Assembly (NCBI GenBank): GCA_023229825.1
Contig: JALNYN010000001.1
Span: 14,422 to 78,421, forward strand
Length of the DNA: 64,000 nucleotides
Direction of reading: 5' to 3'
Source: Minisyncoccota bacterium
GTDB taxonomy: Bacteria; Patescibacteriota; Minisyncoccia; Phycocordibacterales; CAIJYI01
In this document: positions 29,664 to 39,186 of the stretch, piece after piece
Layout: each line of letters begins with the position of its first letter
Numbering within the stretch: position 1 is the first letter of the stretch
Program-made: the position numbers and the translations under genes
The notes under the pieces: generated by a model
The model's database searches: none
What the model was told of the DNA's origin: nothing
Seen by the model: the letters and a program-made list of their open reading frames with translations, nothing else

Positions 29664-29935
29664 TCATTCTTCATGGGAATGATAAATGATCGGTTCGGTG
29701 TCTGTTTTTTCTTGAACATAGCGGCTGACATCGAGAGTATAACAGTCTTCAAGGATCTCGATCGCTTGCGTTCCAAGACTGGTTTTTACGATGACCTTCT
29801 TTTTCACTTCGTCATAGGCGATCTTTTGAACGCAAAATACCATATTGCAACCGGGGATGGTTATTTCCGTAACAACACTTCTCCTCGGCGTATGTACAGC
29901 ATCGGGAGGGGATCGTCAAATATGTTGTCGTTCAT
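29664..29935 (-). pseudogene. Possible frameshifted small orphan gene
   Basis: TTGACA-17-TATAAA promoter, GAGGAG SD and ATG 29935; coding continues in the -1 frame to TGA 29664; hairpin 29631-29654. Confidence 0.35.
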
Positions 29936-30094
29936 TTCTATTCTCCTCATCTTAAATATAAAGAACAAAAGTTGAATTATTTATACATCCGGAGTGGCAA
30001 AATGTCAATATGTGGATAAACTGGCGAGAGAGGATAAAAAAATCGCCCCACGGGTGGGGCGATCGAATCTTCTTTTTCTGAAAAATTTTCTTTT

Positions 30095-30805
30095 TTATTC
30101 TGCGCCTTCGTACTCGGGCAGATTGTCTTCATCTTCCTCTTTTGCGTGCATATCAACGACCTTATCAATAAGACCAAAATGGAGCGCTTCGTCAGCGTAC
30201 ATGAAGCGTTCTCTGCGCAGCATTCGTCTTACTTCTGTTTCGCTGCGTTTTGTCTTTGCGACCAAGATCTTTACCATCTTATTATCGATCTCATCGAATT
30301 CTTTAATAAGAAGCCCTCGTGCCTTGTCCTTTTTTAAGGTGCGGGCATTAATGGGGAGATATCCTTGGCTGTAGTGGCAGAAAAATTGAGTGTTCTCCGT
30401 AGCGTTTCGGTAAGAGCAGCCTTGAAGCAACAGCTGTATTGCCGCCGAGCTGACAAATTCGCAGACGAGACCCGTTACCGGTCCGTACAATCTGAACTGG
30501 TCATGAATACCGAATCCTGCGCGGATGAAACCGCCATCGGAAGTAATGTTTACCAGGATCTGCGGACGGCTTTTCATTGTGAGAAATTTAAAGCTGTTTC
30601 GGACCCTTGCGGCCATATCTTCGTCGACCATATCCGCCAAATAGATCTGCGGAGGTCTTCCTTCTAAAAGCTTAACATCGATCGCATTTGAAAATTCTCT
30701 TGGGAAAAGCCCGTCGCTTCTTCTTTGGAGATATTTGGCGATCGAGGCGAGCGGAGCATCGCAGAAGAGCATTTCTCTGTCGGTATTATTCCTTTCAATG
30801 TTCAT
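30095..30805 (-). CDS. Divergent ClpP-like peptidase (S14)
   Basis: ITSDGG, VSSAA, FCH, FMYADEALHFGLID. Confidence 0.85.
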   Translation of the reverse strand: MNIERNNTDREMLFCDAPLASIAKYLQRRSDGLFPREFSNAIDVKLLEGRPPQIYLADMVDEDMAARVRNSFKFLTMKSRPQILVNITSDGGFIRAGFGIHDQFRLYGPVTGLVCEFVSSAAIQLLLQGCSYRNATENTQFFCHYSQGYLPINARTLKKDKARGLLIKEFDEIDNKMVKILVAKTKRSETEVRRMLRRERFMYADEALHFGLIDKVVDMHAKEEDEDNLPEYEGAE

Positions 30806-30914
30806 AGGAACCTCCTATCAATTCCTTGTTTCTCTCTTTTTAGAGTATGCCTATCCATCTTCACTGTCAATTCCTAAAAAGACCGCCGCGATTCTCGATC
30901 GCGGCGGTTTTTGG

Positions 30915-31619
30915 TCACTCAATTTTATCTTGTTCTGCTTCGTTGACATCCGCTTCAGGATTTCCGGTATCGTTGAATTTGAACCCGAGAACGCCGTCAA
31001 GCAATCCGAACGCCAGCGCTTCTTTTGCCGGCAGATAACGAGCGCGCGCGAGCAGTTTCAACACTTCTTGTTCGCTTTTTTTTGTTCTTCTCATGATGAT
31101 AGTGACAACGTTCTTCTTCAGGTTTTCCAGATCATAAAGAAGTCTCATGTGCCAGCCGGCGCTCTTCAGATCGTGTTCTGTGATCACCATTCCTGTGAGA
31201 GCATTGTGGCACATAATTTTACTGTTTTCCGATGCAATACGGATCGTGCATCCCTGGAGAATAATCATTGCCGCCGCTGAGCATACTTTTCCGATAGCAA
31301 AGCCTTTCACCGTAATCCCGGTTTCAAGTGCATACAGCATAAGAAGATCGTGTATTTCAAGTCCTACGTCAGCATCACCTCCCGGGGAGGAAATTTTAAC
31401 CGTGAGAACCCCTTCTCTTGGGGGATGGACGGTAAGGAATAACATACCCTTTCTTGCGTATTCCAGCATATTTTCGTTGACCTCGCCGCTGAAATAGAGA
31501 ACACCTTGCTCAAGGAGCGCGATCAGATCGGCATTTTCCATATTTTTGGGGAGAAGAAAAGTATTTTGATTTTCATCTTCCCAGTCCAAACGAGTTTTTT
31601 TACCATTATTACGGTCCAT
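30915..31619 (-). CDS. Divergent ClpP-like peptidase (S14), paralog
   Basis: ISSPGG, VCSAA, IMCH, YLPAKEALAFGLLD. Confidence 0.85.
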   Translation of the reverse strand: MDRNNGKKTRLDWEDENQNTFLLPKNMENADLIALLEQGVLYFSGEVNENMLEYARKGMLFLTVHPPREGVLTVKISSPGGDADVGLEIHDLLMLYALETGITVKGFAIGKVCSAAAMIILQGCTIRIASENSKIMCHNALTGMVITEHDLKSAGWHMRLLYDLENLKKNVVTIIMRRTKKSEQEVLKLLARARYLPAKEALAFGLLDGVLGFKFNDTGNPEADVNEAEQDKIE

Positions 31620-31870
31620 TTACCCTCCTTTTTTGTGTAAAAGTACCCATAGCTAATCTCATATTGCTATTTTTTGATAGAGTTGTCAAGAAAAAACACC
31701 TTCTCGACGAGCGTCGAAAAAGTGTTTTTTTTGAAGGAAGATATTCCTTCGCATTTTCCGCGAGAGCGCGGGAAAACTTTTTATGATTTGTTTTTTCTGC
31801 TTGCCCGCTCGAGTAGCGTGAACGGACAAGATATCAATAGCTGTGTTTATTTAGTTGTTGAGAGGGTTTT

Positions 31871-31942
31871 AGACAGGGCTTGCCCTGCGTAGCCTCCGAT
31901 GGGAGACAGGGCCTGCCCTGCGTAGCCTCGGCGGAGCAGGGG
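31871..31942. repeat. Direct duplication of a ccctgcgtagcctc palindromic repeat (33-bp period)
   Basis: agacagggcytgccctgcgtagcctc at 31871 and 31904. Confidence 0.65.
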
Positions 31943-32346
31943 ACCCGCGCGAATTCGTTTTGATCGAGATGAAAGGAACTGTTCTTTTTTAACGGAAAAT
32001 GTAAATTCTTTTTTTGTTTTTTCTTTTTTTGTTAAAAATTCGGCAAATCGATGGAACTTCATCCATGGCTGGCGTTCAAGCGAATCGGCAACGAACGGCG
32101 TAATATATAATTTTGTTCTCATATTTTTTTATATTAGTGCCAATACTCGACAGAGAAGTTGGGCGCCATCTTCTCTTCAAATTGATACGCGATGCAACTT
32201 TTTATTATTTCATAAAATTGTTTATTTTTCGTATTGCAAATGGAATAAAAATGATTGTCAACAACAAACTTAAAATAGACGTAAAACACTAAATCAAAAA
32301 TCCGAAACACGATATTGTGTTTCGGATCCGGACTTTTGCTTTCGTT

Positions 32347-33084
32347 TTATCGGCAGGGATTCGGCTCCACAACTCCCGACCAGCGACGCAGTTCTTTGGC
32401 TTCAAACACATAATTGCCTTGCGCTGTTCCGAGTATTTTTACCCTTTCGCCGGGGCGATCAATAGCGCCTCTTGAAAAAACCGGCGTACCCGTGGCGATC
32501 CATCGGTTTCCTTGAAAATCTACGATGATAATGGGCTTTGTTCCCGTGGAGATTATCATTCCCGCGAGCAGTCCTCTGTCCGGCTGGAGCCACAAGCAAA
32601 CATGGTTTCCCGTTATCGAGTGGTAACTGGGGACGTTCGCAATTAAATAATTATCCACTTTTTCTCCGATTCCCGCGAAATAAGAAAACACGCCGAGAAT
32701 AAGGCTGATGGCTATGCAAAGAGAGATAACGACAGACTGTTTATATCGGTAACCGCGTTCTGATTCGGAAAACGCATAATACGAATAGAAAATGAATATG
32801 CAGAGGAAGAAAAGCCAGAGAAACGGAAAGTTTTTCAGTACGTTCTCCCAGAAGGTCCGCCCCGCCTGGTTATAAATATCCCAGTCATCCGTAAGCAGCG
32901 TTTCTAAAAATACGCTGAAAGAAAGCGTTCCGATAATTAGGGAGGATGCTGATATCGCGAGCACAGAAAGATCATTGAAGAGAAATCTCCATTTTGATCT
33001 TGGCGTAATGCGCTCTTCTTTGATACGGCGCATCACGCAATCTACGCAATTTTCCTCATTTTTCTGTTCCATATTTTTTGACAT
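32347..33084 (-). CDS. Membrane protein, probable anti-sigma partner
   Basis: Overlaps the ECF sigma gene; 3 TM plus C-terminal OB-like domain. Confidence 0.7.
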   Translation of the reverse strand: MSKNMEQKNEENCVDCVMRRIKEERITPRSKWRFLFNDLSVLAISASSLIIGTLSFSVFLETLLTDDWDIYNQAGRTFWENVLKNFPFLWLFFLCIFIFYSYYAFSESERGYRYKQSVVISLCIAISLILGVFSYFAGIGEKVDNYLIANVPSYHSITGNHVCLWLQPDRGLLAGMIISTGTKPIIIVDFQGNRWIATGTPVFSRGAIDRPGERVKILGTAQGNYVFEAKELRRWSGVVEPNPCR

Positions 33085-33652
33085 ATTCGTCTTTGAATAT
33101 TGCTTTTGCCCGTGAAAGGAGCGTGCCGATGGTGCCGACGGGTTTCTTTAAAATGTCTGAAATTTCTTCATAATCCATTTCTTCCAAATAGCGGAGGATA
33201 AGCACTTCGCGATATTTCTGATCTATTTCCGCCAGAACCCGAGACACTTCTTCCTTGGCGTAACGGATCTCGTTTTCGTTCGGCTGTCCGTCGGCGACGT
33301 ATCTCTCAAAGAAGTCGTAGGTATCGTTGTCGGTCGAAACGAGCTGCGGCCGCGTTTTTTCTTTTCGCAGCAAACTCACCGCATGATTGTGGGTAATGCG
33401 GTACGCCCAAGAAGAGAATTTCAGGGACGGATCGAATCCGCGGAGATTGAGATATATCTTAATGAAAACTTCCTGCAGGACATCATCTATCGAATTACGA
33501 AAGGAAGGGACGACGCGGATGATGTATCGTCCGAGCGGGGCGGTGTACCTTCTCATCAGGCACCCGAAATACTCTTGGTCCTCCAAAGAGAGGGCGACTA
33601 ATTCCTCATCGGTTTTTTCAGTACAACGTTCATCCATAATAAGCAAATTCAC
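33056..33652 (-). CDS. ECF RNA polymerase sigma-70 factor
   Basis: DDVLQEVFIK, FSSWAYRITHN, YEEISDIL..PVGTIGTLLSRAK. Confidence 0.92.
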   Translation of the reverse strand: MNLLIMDERCTEKTDEELVALSLEDQEYFGCLMRRYTAPLGRYIIRVVPSFRNSIDDVLQEVFIKIYLNLRGFDPSLKFSSWAYRITHNHAVSLLRKEKTRPQLVSTDNDTYDFFERYVADGQPNENEIRYAKEEVSRVLAEIDQKYREVLILRYLEEMDYEEISDILKKPVGTIGTLLSRAKAIFKDEYVKKYGTEK

Positions 33653-33691
33653 TCCTAAACATTATACACTATTATATAAAAATTTATTTCA

Positions 33692-34948
33692 TCACTTCTT
33701 CACTCCGTCAGAACCGGCGACCCATCCGGTGGTCCAGCAAAGCTGAAGAGAGAATCCTCCCGAGGGGCGATTGATATCGAGCACGTCGCCGAGGAGATAC
33801 AGATTCGGATGAAATTTTGAAGTCATATTGGAAAAGTTGACTTCCGTGAGCGCGACACCTCCATCGGCGATCAGTGCCTTTTCAAAACCGAGCGTGCCGG
33901 TAATGGGGAAGCAAAGATCTTTCATTCTTTTCACCAGGGTTTTTCGTTCTTCTTTAGTGACCGCATTGGCTTCTTTCTCAGCAAGACGAAGCTCGGGAAA
34001 ATTCAGAATTTGCTCCGCGAGGGCCTTGTCCATCATTCCAGGAATAATATTTTTTAGCATCTTGTTTTTGTTTTGTTCAAAAAGACGCCAGACTCGCCGA
34101 TCAAGTTCATTTTCTTCCGTATCGGGAAACATGTCTATACTGGCGATGACCGGACCCGCCTCAAGTAGCTTTTTAACTTCGAACGATGAGTTTAGAATGA
34201 GCGGTCCGGAAACTCCGAAGTGTGTAAAGAGGATCTTTCCGGTTTTTTTGAGCATTGTTTTTGCTTGCCCTCTGCATGTCGAAGGGTCGCCTTGTCGAAA
34301 ACGGATCGTCATAAAAGAAAGAGAAATTCCGGAAAGCGCGTGTACCCATGCGGCGTCAGTCGTAAGAGGAACGAGATTTGGATTCGGTTCTTTTACGGCG
34401 TGACCGAGTTTCTCCAATATTTGAGCGCCCTCACCGCCGATACCGGACGCCAGCGCCGCCTTTTGCCCGATGAAGCTATCGCCTGACTTTGTTTCCACTA
34501 AAAAATTGCCGTCTTTATCTTTGGAAAGTCCGACCACTTTCGTTCCGAGTTTTATTTCAACATTGTTTTCTTTGATGTAGCGCGCCATGACATCAGTGAC
34601 ATCGCTCGCTTTCTGTGTTTTCGGAAAAGCGCGTTTTCTTCCTTCAACGACGAGAGGCAGCCCTTTTTTCTCAAAAAAATCAAAGGTGTCTTTTACCGAG
34701 AATTTCGAAAAAGGAGAGAAAAGAAATTCTTTTGCTTCGGGGAAATTCGCCAAAAAAGCGCGGTTGTCGAATTCCGCATTTGTGATATTGCATCGTCCGC
34801 CGCCGGTAAGAGAGAGTTTTTTGCCGAGATCTTTGTTTTTTTCAATCAAAAGCACGCGGCTGCCGAGTTCTGCCGCCCGCCCCGCGCACATCATCCCCGA
34901 AGGCCCGCCGCCGATGACGATAAGATCAAAAATACGATTATTTTGCAT
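33692..34948 (-). CDS. HI0933/BaiN-family flavoprotein
   Basis: IGGGPSG, TGGGRCNITN, LFTHFGVSGP, GGFSLQLCWTTG. Confidence 0.92.
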   Translation of the reverse strand: MQNNRIFDLIVIGGGPSGMMCAGRAAELGSRVLLIEKNKDLGKKLSLTGGGRCNITNAEFDNRAFLANFPEAKEFLFSPFSKFSVKDTFDFFEKKGLPLVVEGRKRAFPKTQKASDVTDVMARYIKENNVEIKLGTKVVGLSKDKDGNFLVETKSGDSFIGQKAALASGIGGEGAQILEKLGHAVKEPNPNLVPLTTDAAWVHALSGISLSFMTIRFRQGDPSTCRGQAKTMLKKTGKILFTHFGVSGPLILNSSFEVKKLLEAGPVIASIDMFPDTEENELDRRVWRLFEQNKNKMLKNIIPGMMDKALAEQILNFPELRLAEKEANAVTKEERKTLVKRMKDLCFPITGTLGFEKALIADGGVALTEVNFSNMTSKFHPNLYLLGDVLDINRPSGGFSLQLCWTTGWVAGSDGVKK

Positions 34949-35036
34949 TCCCACACGATAACACAGTTTGACAAAATATTCCAGTTTGTGTATTGTTTCC
35001 ATGGTTTTGTTGAAATAAAAAAGAGGAGAAAAACCA

Positions 35037-35309
35037 ATGTATTTAAAAGAAAGCCGAATGAAACCAGTTGAGAGAGATATTGGAAGGGAACTTTGTTTTT
35101 GGAAAGCCCTCGAAAGAGCAAGTACTATTTATTTCAACCAGAAAACAAACGAAGTTTTCGTTAGGGAATCTGGTGAAAAATTCGCCATAAAAACCGACCT
35201 TCTTTTTTTGCGTCTCTCTGTGCGAGACACTAAGGGTGCTTTGCGGGATGATTTAGAGAAGGCCTTACGTGCTTTTGGTTTATGGGTTGATGTCGTGGAA
35301 ATACAATAA
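35037..35309 (+). CDS. Hypothetical protein (single copy of the domain repeated in 36478)
   Basis: TTGACA promoter, GAGGAG SD; FWKALE...YFNQKTNEVF. Confidence 0.6.
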   Translation: MYLKESRMKPVERDIGRELCFWKALERASTIYFNQKTNEVFVRESGEKFAIKTDLLFLRLSVRDTKGALRDDLEKALRAFGLWVDVVEIQ

Positions 35310-35504
35310 ATAAAATATACTGTTCGAGAAATATACGGAGGAACTATCCGAACGCGCCGGTCTTGATGTAGTCTTTGAATAGTATTTAAAAGCAGCGAGC
35401 GGGTTTTTGCCCGCTCGTTTTTTTATTTTCAAGTGAGTGAGTGTAATGAAAGTTGCAACTTTCATTACCGAACGAACGCAGAAAAAATAAGAATGAAATT
35501 GCTT

Positions 35505-35699
35505 TTATTTTATCACAAACACATCCTCAATATGTTTTTGTTTGAGAACCATCGAAATTTTGTGCGCCAAGAGCAGGGAAGGGTTGTAGCGGCCCGCTTC
35601 GAGCGAGATGATCGTCTGACGGGTGACGCCGGCTTTTTCCGCGAGTTCTTCCTGCGTGATGCCGAACTTTTTTCGGAGTTCCGAGATATTCGTTTTCAT
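35505..35699 (-). CDS. Cro/CI-type HTH regulator
   Basis: [31 protein letters not shown]. Confidence 0.92.
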   Translation of the reverse strand: MKTNISELRKKFGITQEELAEKAGVTRQTIISLEAGRYNPSLLLAHKISMVLKQKHIEDVFVIK

Positions 35700-35711
35700 A
35701 GAAGTTAGGTT

Positions 35712-35782
35712 TAGAACAATAGAGCAACGGAACGATAGAACAGTTTTTTGTTCTGTTCCATTGTTCACTTGTTCTATTGTTT
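35712..35782. repeat. Inverted 8-mer arms (tagaacaa / ttgttcta)
   Basis: tagaacaatagagcaacggaacgatagaaca...tgttctgttccattgttcacttgttctattgtt. Confidence 0.6.
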
Positions 35783-35788
35783 GGGGAT

Positions 35789-36214
35789 TTAATTATTTTT
35801 ATCCAACCAATAATTCGTTGCCGCTTTGGCGATCAGTCCGGCGATAATTGCTATTATAATAACGGGATCAACAAAAGCTTCTTTTCCTTGCGCTACGTTT
35901 TGCGCGAGCTCAAAAGCGACGCCGGTTGCAAGCACGGCGAGTATAACCCAAAGCGCGTTTCGTTCCGCGATGGCTTCGTGTAATGAGTCGCGTTCATCCT
36001 TCGGAACATGGATCATAATATCCGCCATGTCTACAGAAAAAATAACGAACCATACGACAATTGCGCCGAGTATGATCTCGTTCACCTGCGTCAACGACAT
36101 AACAACAAGAGGGGATATCATGATCAAGGTATACACCCATCCTTGCCATGTCGCCGGCATAAGTCCCCAGCCGGCATATTTTCGTCTTTTGAACCACTCT
36201 TTTTTTCCTATCAC
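35789..36214 (-). CDS. Membrane protein (DUF2178-like), cotranscribed with the HTH gene
   Basis: [24 protein letters not shown] motif. Confidence 0.8.
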   Translation of the reverse strand: MIGKKEWFKRRKYAGWGLMPATWQGWVYTLIMISPLVVMSLTQVNEIILGAIVVWFVIFSVDMADIMIHVPKDERDSLHEAIAERNALWVILAVLATGVAFELAQNVAQGKEAFVDPVIIIAIIAGLIAKAATNYWLDKNN

Positions 36215-36477
36215 GTTTTTATTTTCTTAGCTTATAAGTATTATACTCCGCAAATTCTAGCATATGCTAGAATTTGCGGAGTAATATATTTTATACGTAA
36301 AAAATATATTACATTGTTAATATAGCACTTCTGCAGAAAGATGCAAGCGGTCATGTCGACAATATAGAAAAGTGGATAGATCAGCATTCTTTTTCTGGAT
36401 ACTTGACTCTTTGTATATAGTGTAGTACTATAAAATTGGTACTTGAATTTTTTACATATACAATATAGGAGGAAAGT

Positions 36478-37266
36478 ATGGAAGTTTTAGACATAATGAA
36501 TCTCAAAGAACTTGAGATTCGGCAAAAGACGGAGCCGATCAAATTTCCGGTTCATACAGAAGAAAAGCACGAGGCATTTTTCAGAGCGCTGGAAAAGCAC
36601 CGAAAAGTTCGATACAGCTGGAAGATCGGAGTGCTCGTCGTTCGAGACTGCGAACCGATCGAAAACGTGGAATTTGCACTGGCTATCGGCCGTTTTATTC
36701 CATCCGTCGAGGATCTGATCCGTATTTTGGCGGTGTCCGGCATCAGTTGCCGTATTACGGAATGGAAGGGGGAAATTTCTGAAATTAAAGTGAAAAACCT
36801 CGAGAGCCTGGCCGGGTCATGCCGTCTGTGTCTGCCGGCGCCGAAAGGGAAGACCGAACATGAACTCGAAAAGCTATTGAGATTCGGTCACGAGTACCTT
36901 GCGATCAGGATCACAGATACTCGTCCGATCGCATTTCCTGTCAAAGCGGAAAATAGCGAAAATGCCGATTTTTTCCGGTTGCTGCCTCTCGTCCGCCGTG
37001 TTACGTATAACTGGGAAAAAAACGAAATGTATCTTATTGATGCTACGAACACTTGCCGTCCGAAGACTTTGATCATCTCGCATGAAGCATTTGCAAAAGC
37101 GGTTGGTCGGAGGTCGGTAACGTCGGCTGAGATGCTGGTACTTCTGGCGTTGTCGAAAATTACTTTTGCCGTGACATGCTGGCAAGGATTTTTTTTCAAA
37201 GAAACCATGGATCGGTTCATGGATTATACCGATCGTCTGCGTTCACCGAGCATTGAAAGAGCTTGA
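36478..37266 (+). CDS. Hypothetical protein with internal duplication
   Basis: PIKFPVHTE...FFRALE / PIAFPVKAE...FFRLLP; TTGACT-17-TACTAT promoter, AGGAGG SD. Confidence 0.75.
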   Translation: MEVLDIMNLKELEIRQKTEPIKFPVHTEEKHEAFFRALEKHRKVRYSWKIGVLVVRDCEPIENVEFALAIGRFIPSVEDLIRILAVSGISCRITEWKGEISEIKVKNLESLAGSCRLCLPAPKGKTEHELEKLLRFGHEYLAIRITDTRPIAFPVKAENSENADFFRLLPLVRRVTYNWEKNEMYLIDATNTCRPKTLIISHEAFAKAVGRRSVTSAEMLVLLALSKITFAVTCWQGFFFKETMDRFMDYTDRLRSPSIERA

Positions 37267-37337
37267 CGGTAAGCGCAAAGCGCCCGAATGATATCGGGCG
37301 CTTTTTACTTTTCGGATTTTTCTCGTATACTATATTC

Positions 37338-37793
37338 ATGCACATACTACTTTTTTTCGCATTGATATTATGGGTGAGTTTCTGCTTCGCCAAAATGGAA
37401 ATTGAGATCGAAGGCGAACGAGGCTGGGCGGACAATCTTCCGACGTGGAGGGTCTCAAAAGATCATGTAATGTCGCGCTTGCTCGCAGGGGGAAGGGAAT
37501 TGACCGGCTATCATCTGTGGGTGCAAAGTTTTGTTTTTTCACTTTTGCATCTGGTATTTCTTTTTGTTCCGTGGGAACTTTGGGTAGAACTCCAGATCAT
37601 ATCATTTATTTTTTACGTCTGGATCGTGGAAGATTTCCTGTGGTTTCTTTTGAATCCCGCGTTCGGCCTCGTAAATTTCAGAAGAGACAAAATATGGTGG
37701 CACGAGCGGCACTGGTGGTGGATCGCGCCGCGCGATTATTTCCTTTTCATTCCGATAGCAACGATACTGTACATCGTTTCGACCACAATATAA
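37338..37793 (+). CDS. Membrane protein
   Basis: EIEIEG..GWA..LPTW, LTGYH, EDFLWF..NP. Confidence 0.75.
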   Translation: MHILLFFALILWVSFCFAKMEIEIEGERGWADNLPTWRVSKDHVMSRLLAGGRELTGYHLWVQSFVFSLLHLVFLFVPWELWVELQIISFIFYVWIVEDFLWFLLNPAFGLVNFRRDKIWWHERHWWWIAPRDYFLFIPIATILYIVSTTI

Positions 37794-37831
37794 TAAAAAA
37801 ATAGGCGCTCAGCAAAGGAGCGCCTTATGTT

Positions 37832-38995
37832 TTATTCGGTTCCGAAACGGATCAAGCCGCCAAAATCATTATTTCGCGTCATCGTTTGAATAAGTGCTTT
37901 GGGACAATAATAATGGAGTCCGAACGCTTCTGCAACGGCTTTATAGGTCACTTTACCTGAAATAATATTCAGACCTTTCAAAAGCGCTTCGTTTTGTTGT
38001 ACGGCCGCGATCCATCCTTTGTTCGCCAATTCAAGCGCGTAAGGCAGAGTTGCATTGGTAAGTGCGATCGTTGAGGTCCGAGGGAATGCGCCCGGCATAT
38101 TGGCTACGCCGTAGTGTACAATACCGTCAACGAGAAAGATCGGATCTTTGTGGGTGGTTGGACGCATGGTTTCCACGCAACCACCTTGGTCGATAGCGAC
38201 GTCAACAATGACCGCACCCGGTTTCATCGTCTTGAGATCTTCGTGCCGGATCAATTTTGGAGCAGCCGCGCCGGGGATGAGCACTCCGCCGATCACGAGG
38301 TCAGCGTCTTTGATGTGTTTCAAAATGTTTTCACGATTGGAAACAAGCCCCTCCGCTTCGGGTAAAATATCTCGGAGGTAGCGCAGACGGGGAAGCGATG
38401 CGTCCAAAATGACAACGCTTGCTCCCATGCCGAGCGCTTTTTTTGCCGCATTCAATCCGACGATCCCGCCGCCCAAAACGACGACTTTGCCGCGCGCTGT
38501 GCCGGTCACTCCGCCGAGTAAAATGCCGCGTCCGCCGTAGATCTTTTCCAAATATTTTGCGCCTTCATGCGTTGCCATACTGCCGGCAACTTCCGACATG
38601 GGCACGAGCAAGGGAAGAGAATGATCGGGCAATTCAACGGTTTCGTACGCGATGCAAGTTGCACCAGACTTTAAGTGCGCTTCGGTTAAAGTTCTGTCCG
38701 CCGCAAAATGGAAGTAGGTGAAGATCACCTGATCTTTTTTCATGCGAGGCCATTCGGGAGCGATCGGTTCTTTGACCTTGATGATCATGTCGGACAATTT
38801 CCAGACGCTTTCTGCTGTCGTCATAATTGAAGCGCCGGCTAAATAATATTCTTGAACGTCAAATCCGCTTCCATCTCCCGCTCCGTTTTGAACAAGTACA
38901 GAGTGTCCTGCGGAAACAAGCGCTTCCACTCCTGCCGGGGTAACGCCTACGCGATTCTCATTCGTTTTAATCTCTTTTGGAACACCAATTTTCAT
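37832..38995 (-). CDS. ald: Alanine dehydrogenase
   Basis: IGVPKEIKTNENRV, KVKEP, PMSEVAG, DVAIDQGGC, VANMPGA. Confidence 0.95.
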   Translation of the reverse strand: MKIGVPKEIKTNENRVGVTPAGVEALVSAGHSVLVQNGAGDGSGFDVQEYYLAGASIMTTAESVWKLSDMIIKVKEPIAPEWPRMKKDQVIFTYFHFAADRTLTEAHLKSGATCIAYETVELPDHSLPLLVPMSEVAGSMATHEGAKYLEKIYGGRGILLGGVTGTARGKVVVLGGGIVGLNAAKKALGMGASVVILDASLPRLRYLRDILPEAEGLVSNRENILKHIKDADLVIGGVLIPGAAAPKLIRHEDLKTMKPGAVIVDVAIDQGGCVETMRPTTHKDPIFLVDGIVHYGVANMPGAFPRTSTIALTNATLPYALELANKGWIAAVQQNEALLKGLNIISGKVTYKAVAEAFGLHYYCPKALIQTMTRNNDFGGLIRFGTE

Positions 38996-39097
38996 CGTTT
39001 TCTCCTTTGAGAAGCGAAATTAAAAAAGAGTTGCTTTATATAAAAAAGAACTCTCTCCACTGACCACAAACTATATCCGAATCATACTTATGTCAAG

Positions 39098-39143
39098 TTT
39101 TCTACAAGGTTAGTCCTTGTACAAGGACTAACCTTGTAGAAAA
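39098..39143. repeat. Perfect 46-bp loopless palindrome (REP-like doublet)
   Basis: ttttctacaaggttagtccttgt|acaaggactaaccttgtagaaaa. Confidence 0.85.
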
Positions 39144-39186
39144 AAGACCCCGTGTTGCACGGGGTCCGGAGATATGGAATACGAAC

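Noticed and set aside
30095-31619. Prophage head-maturation module
   Set aside because: No portal, terminase or capsid genes nearby
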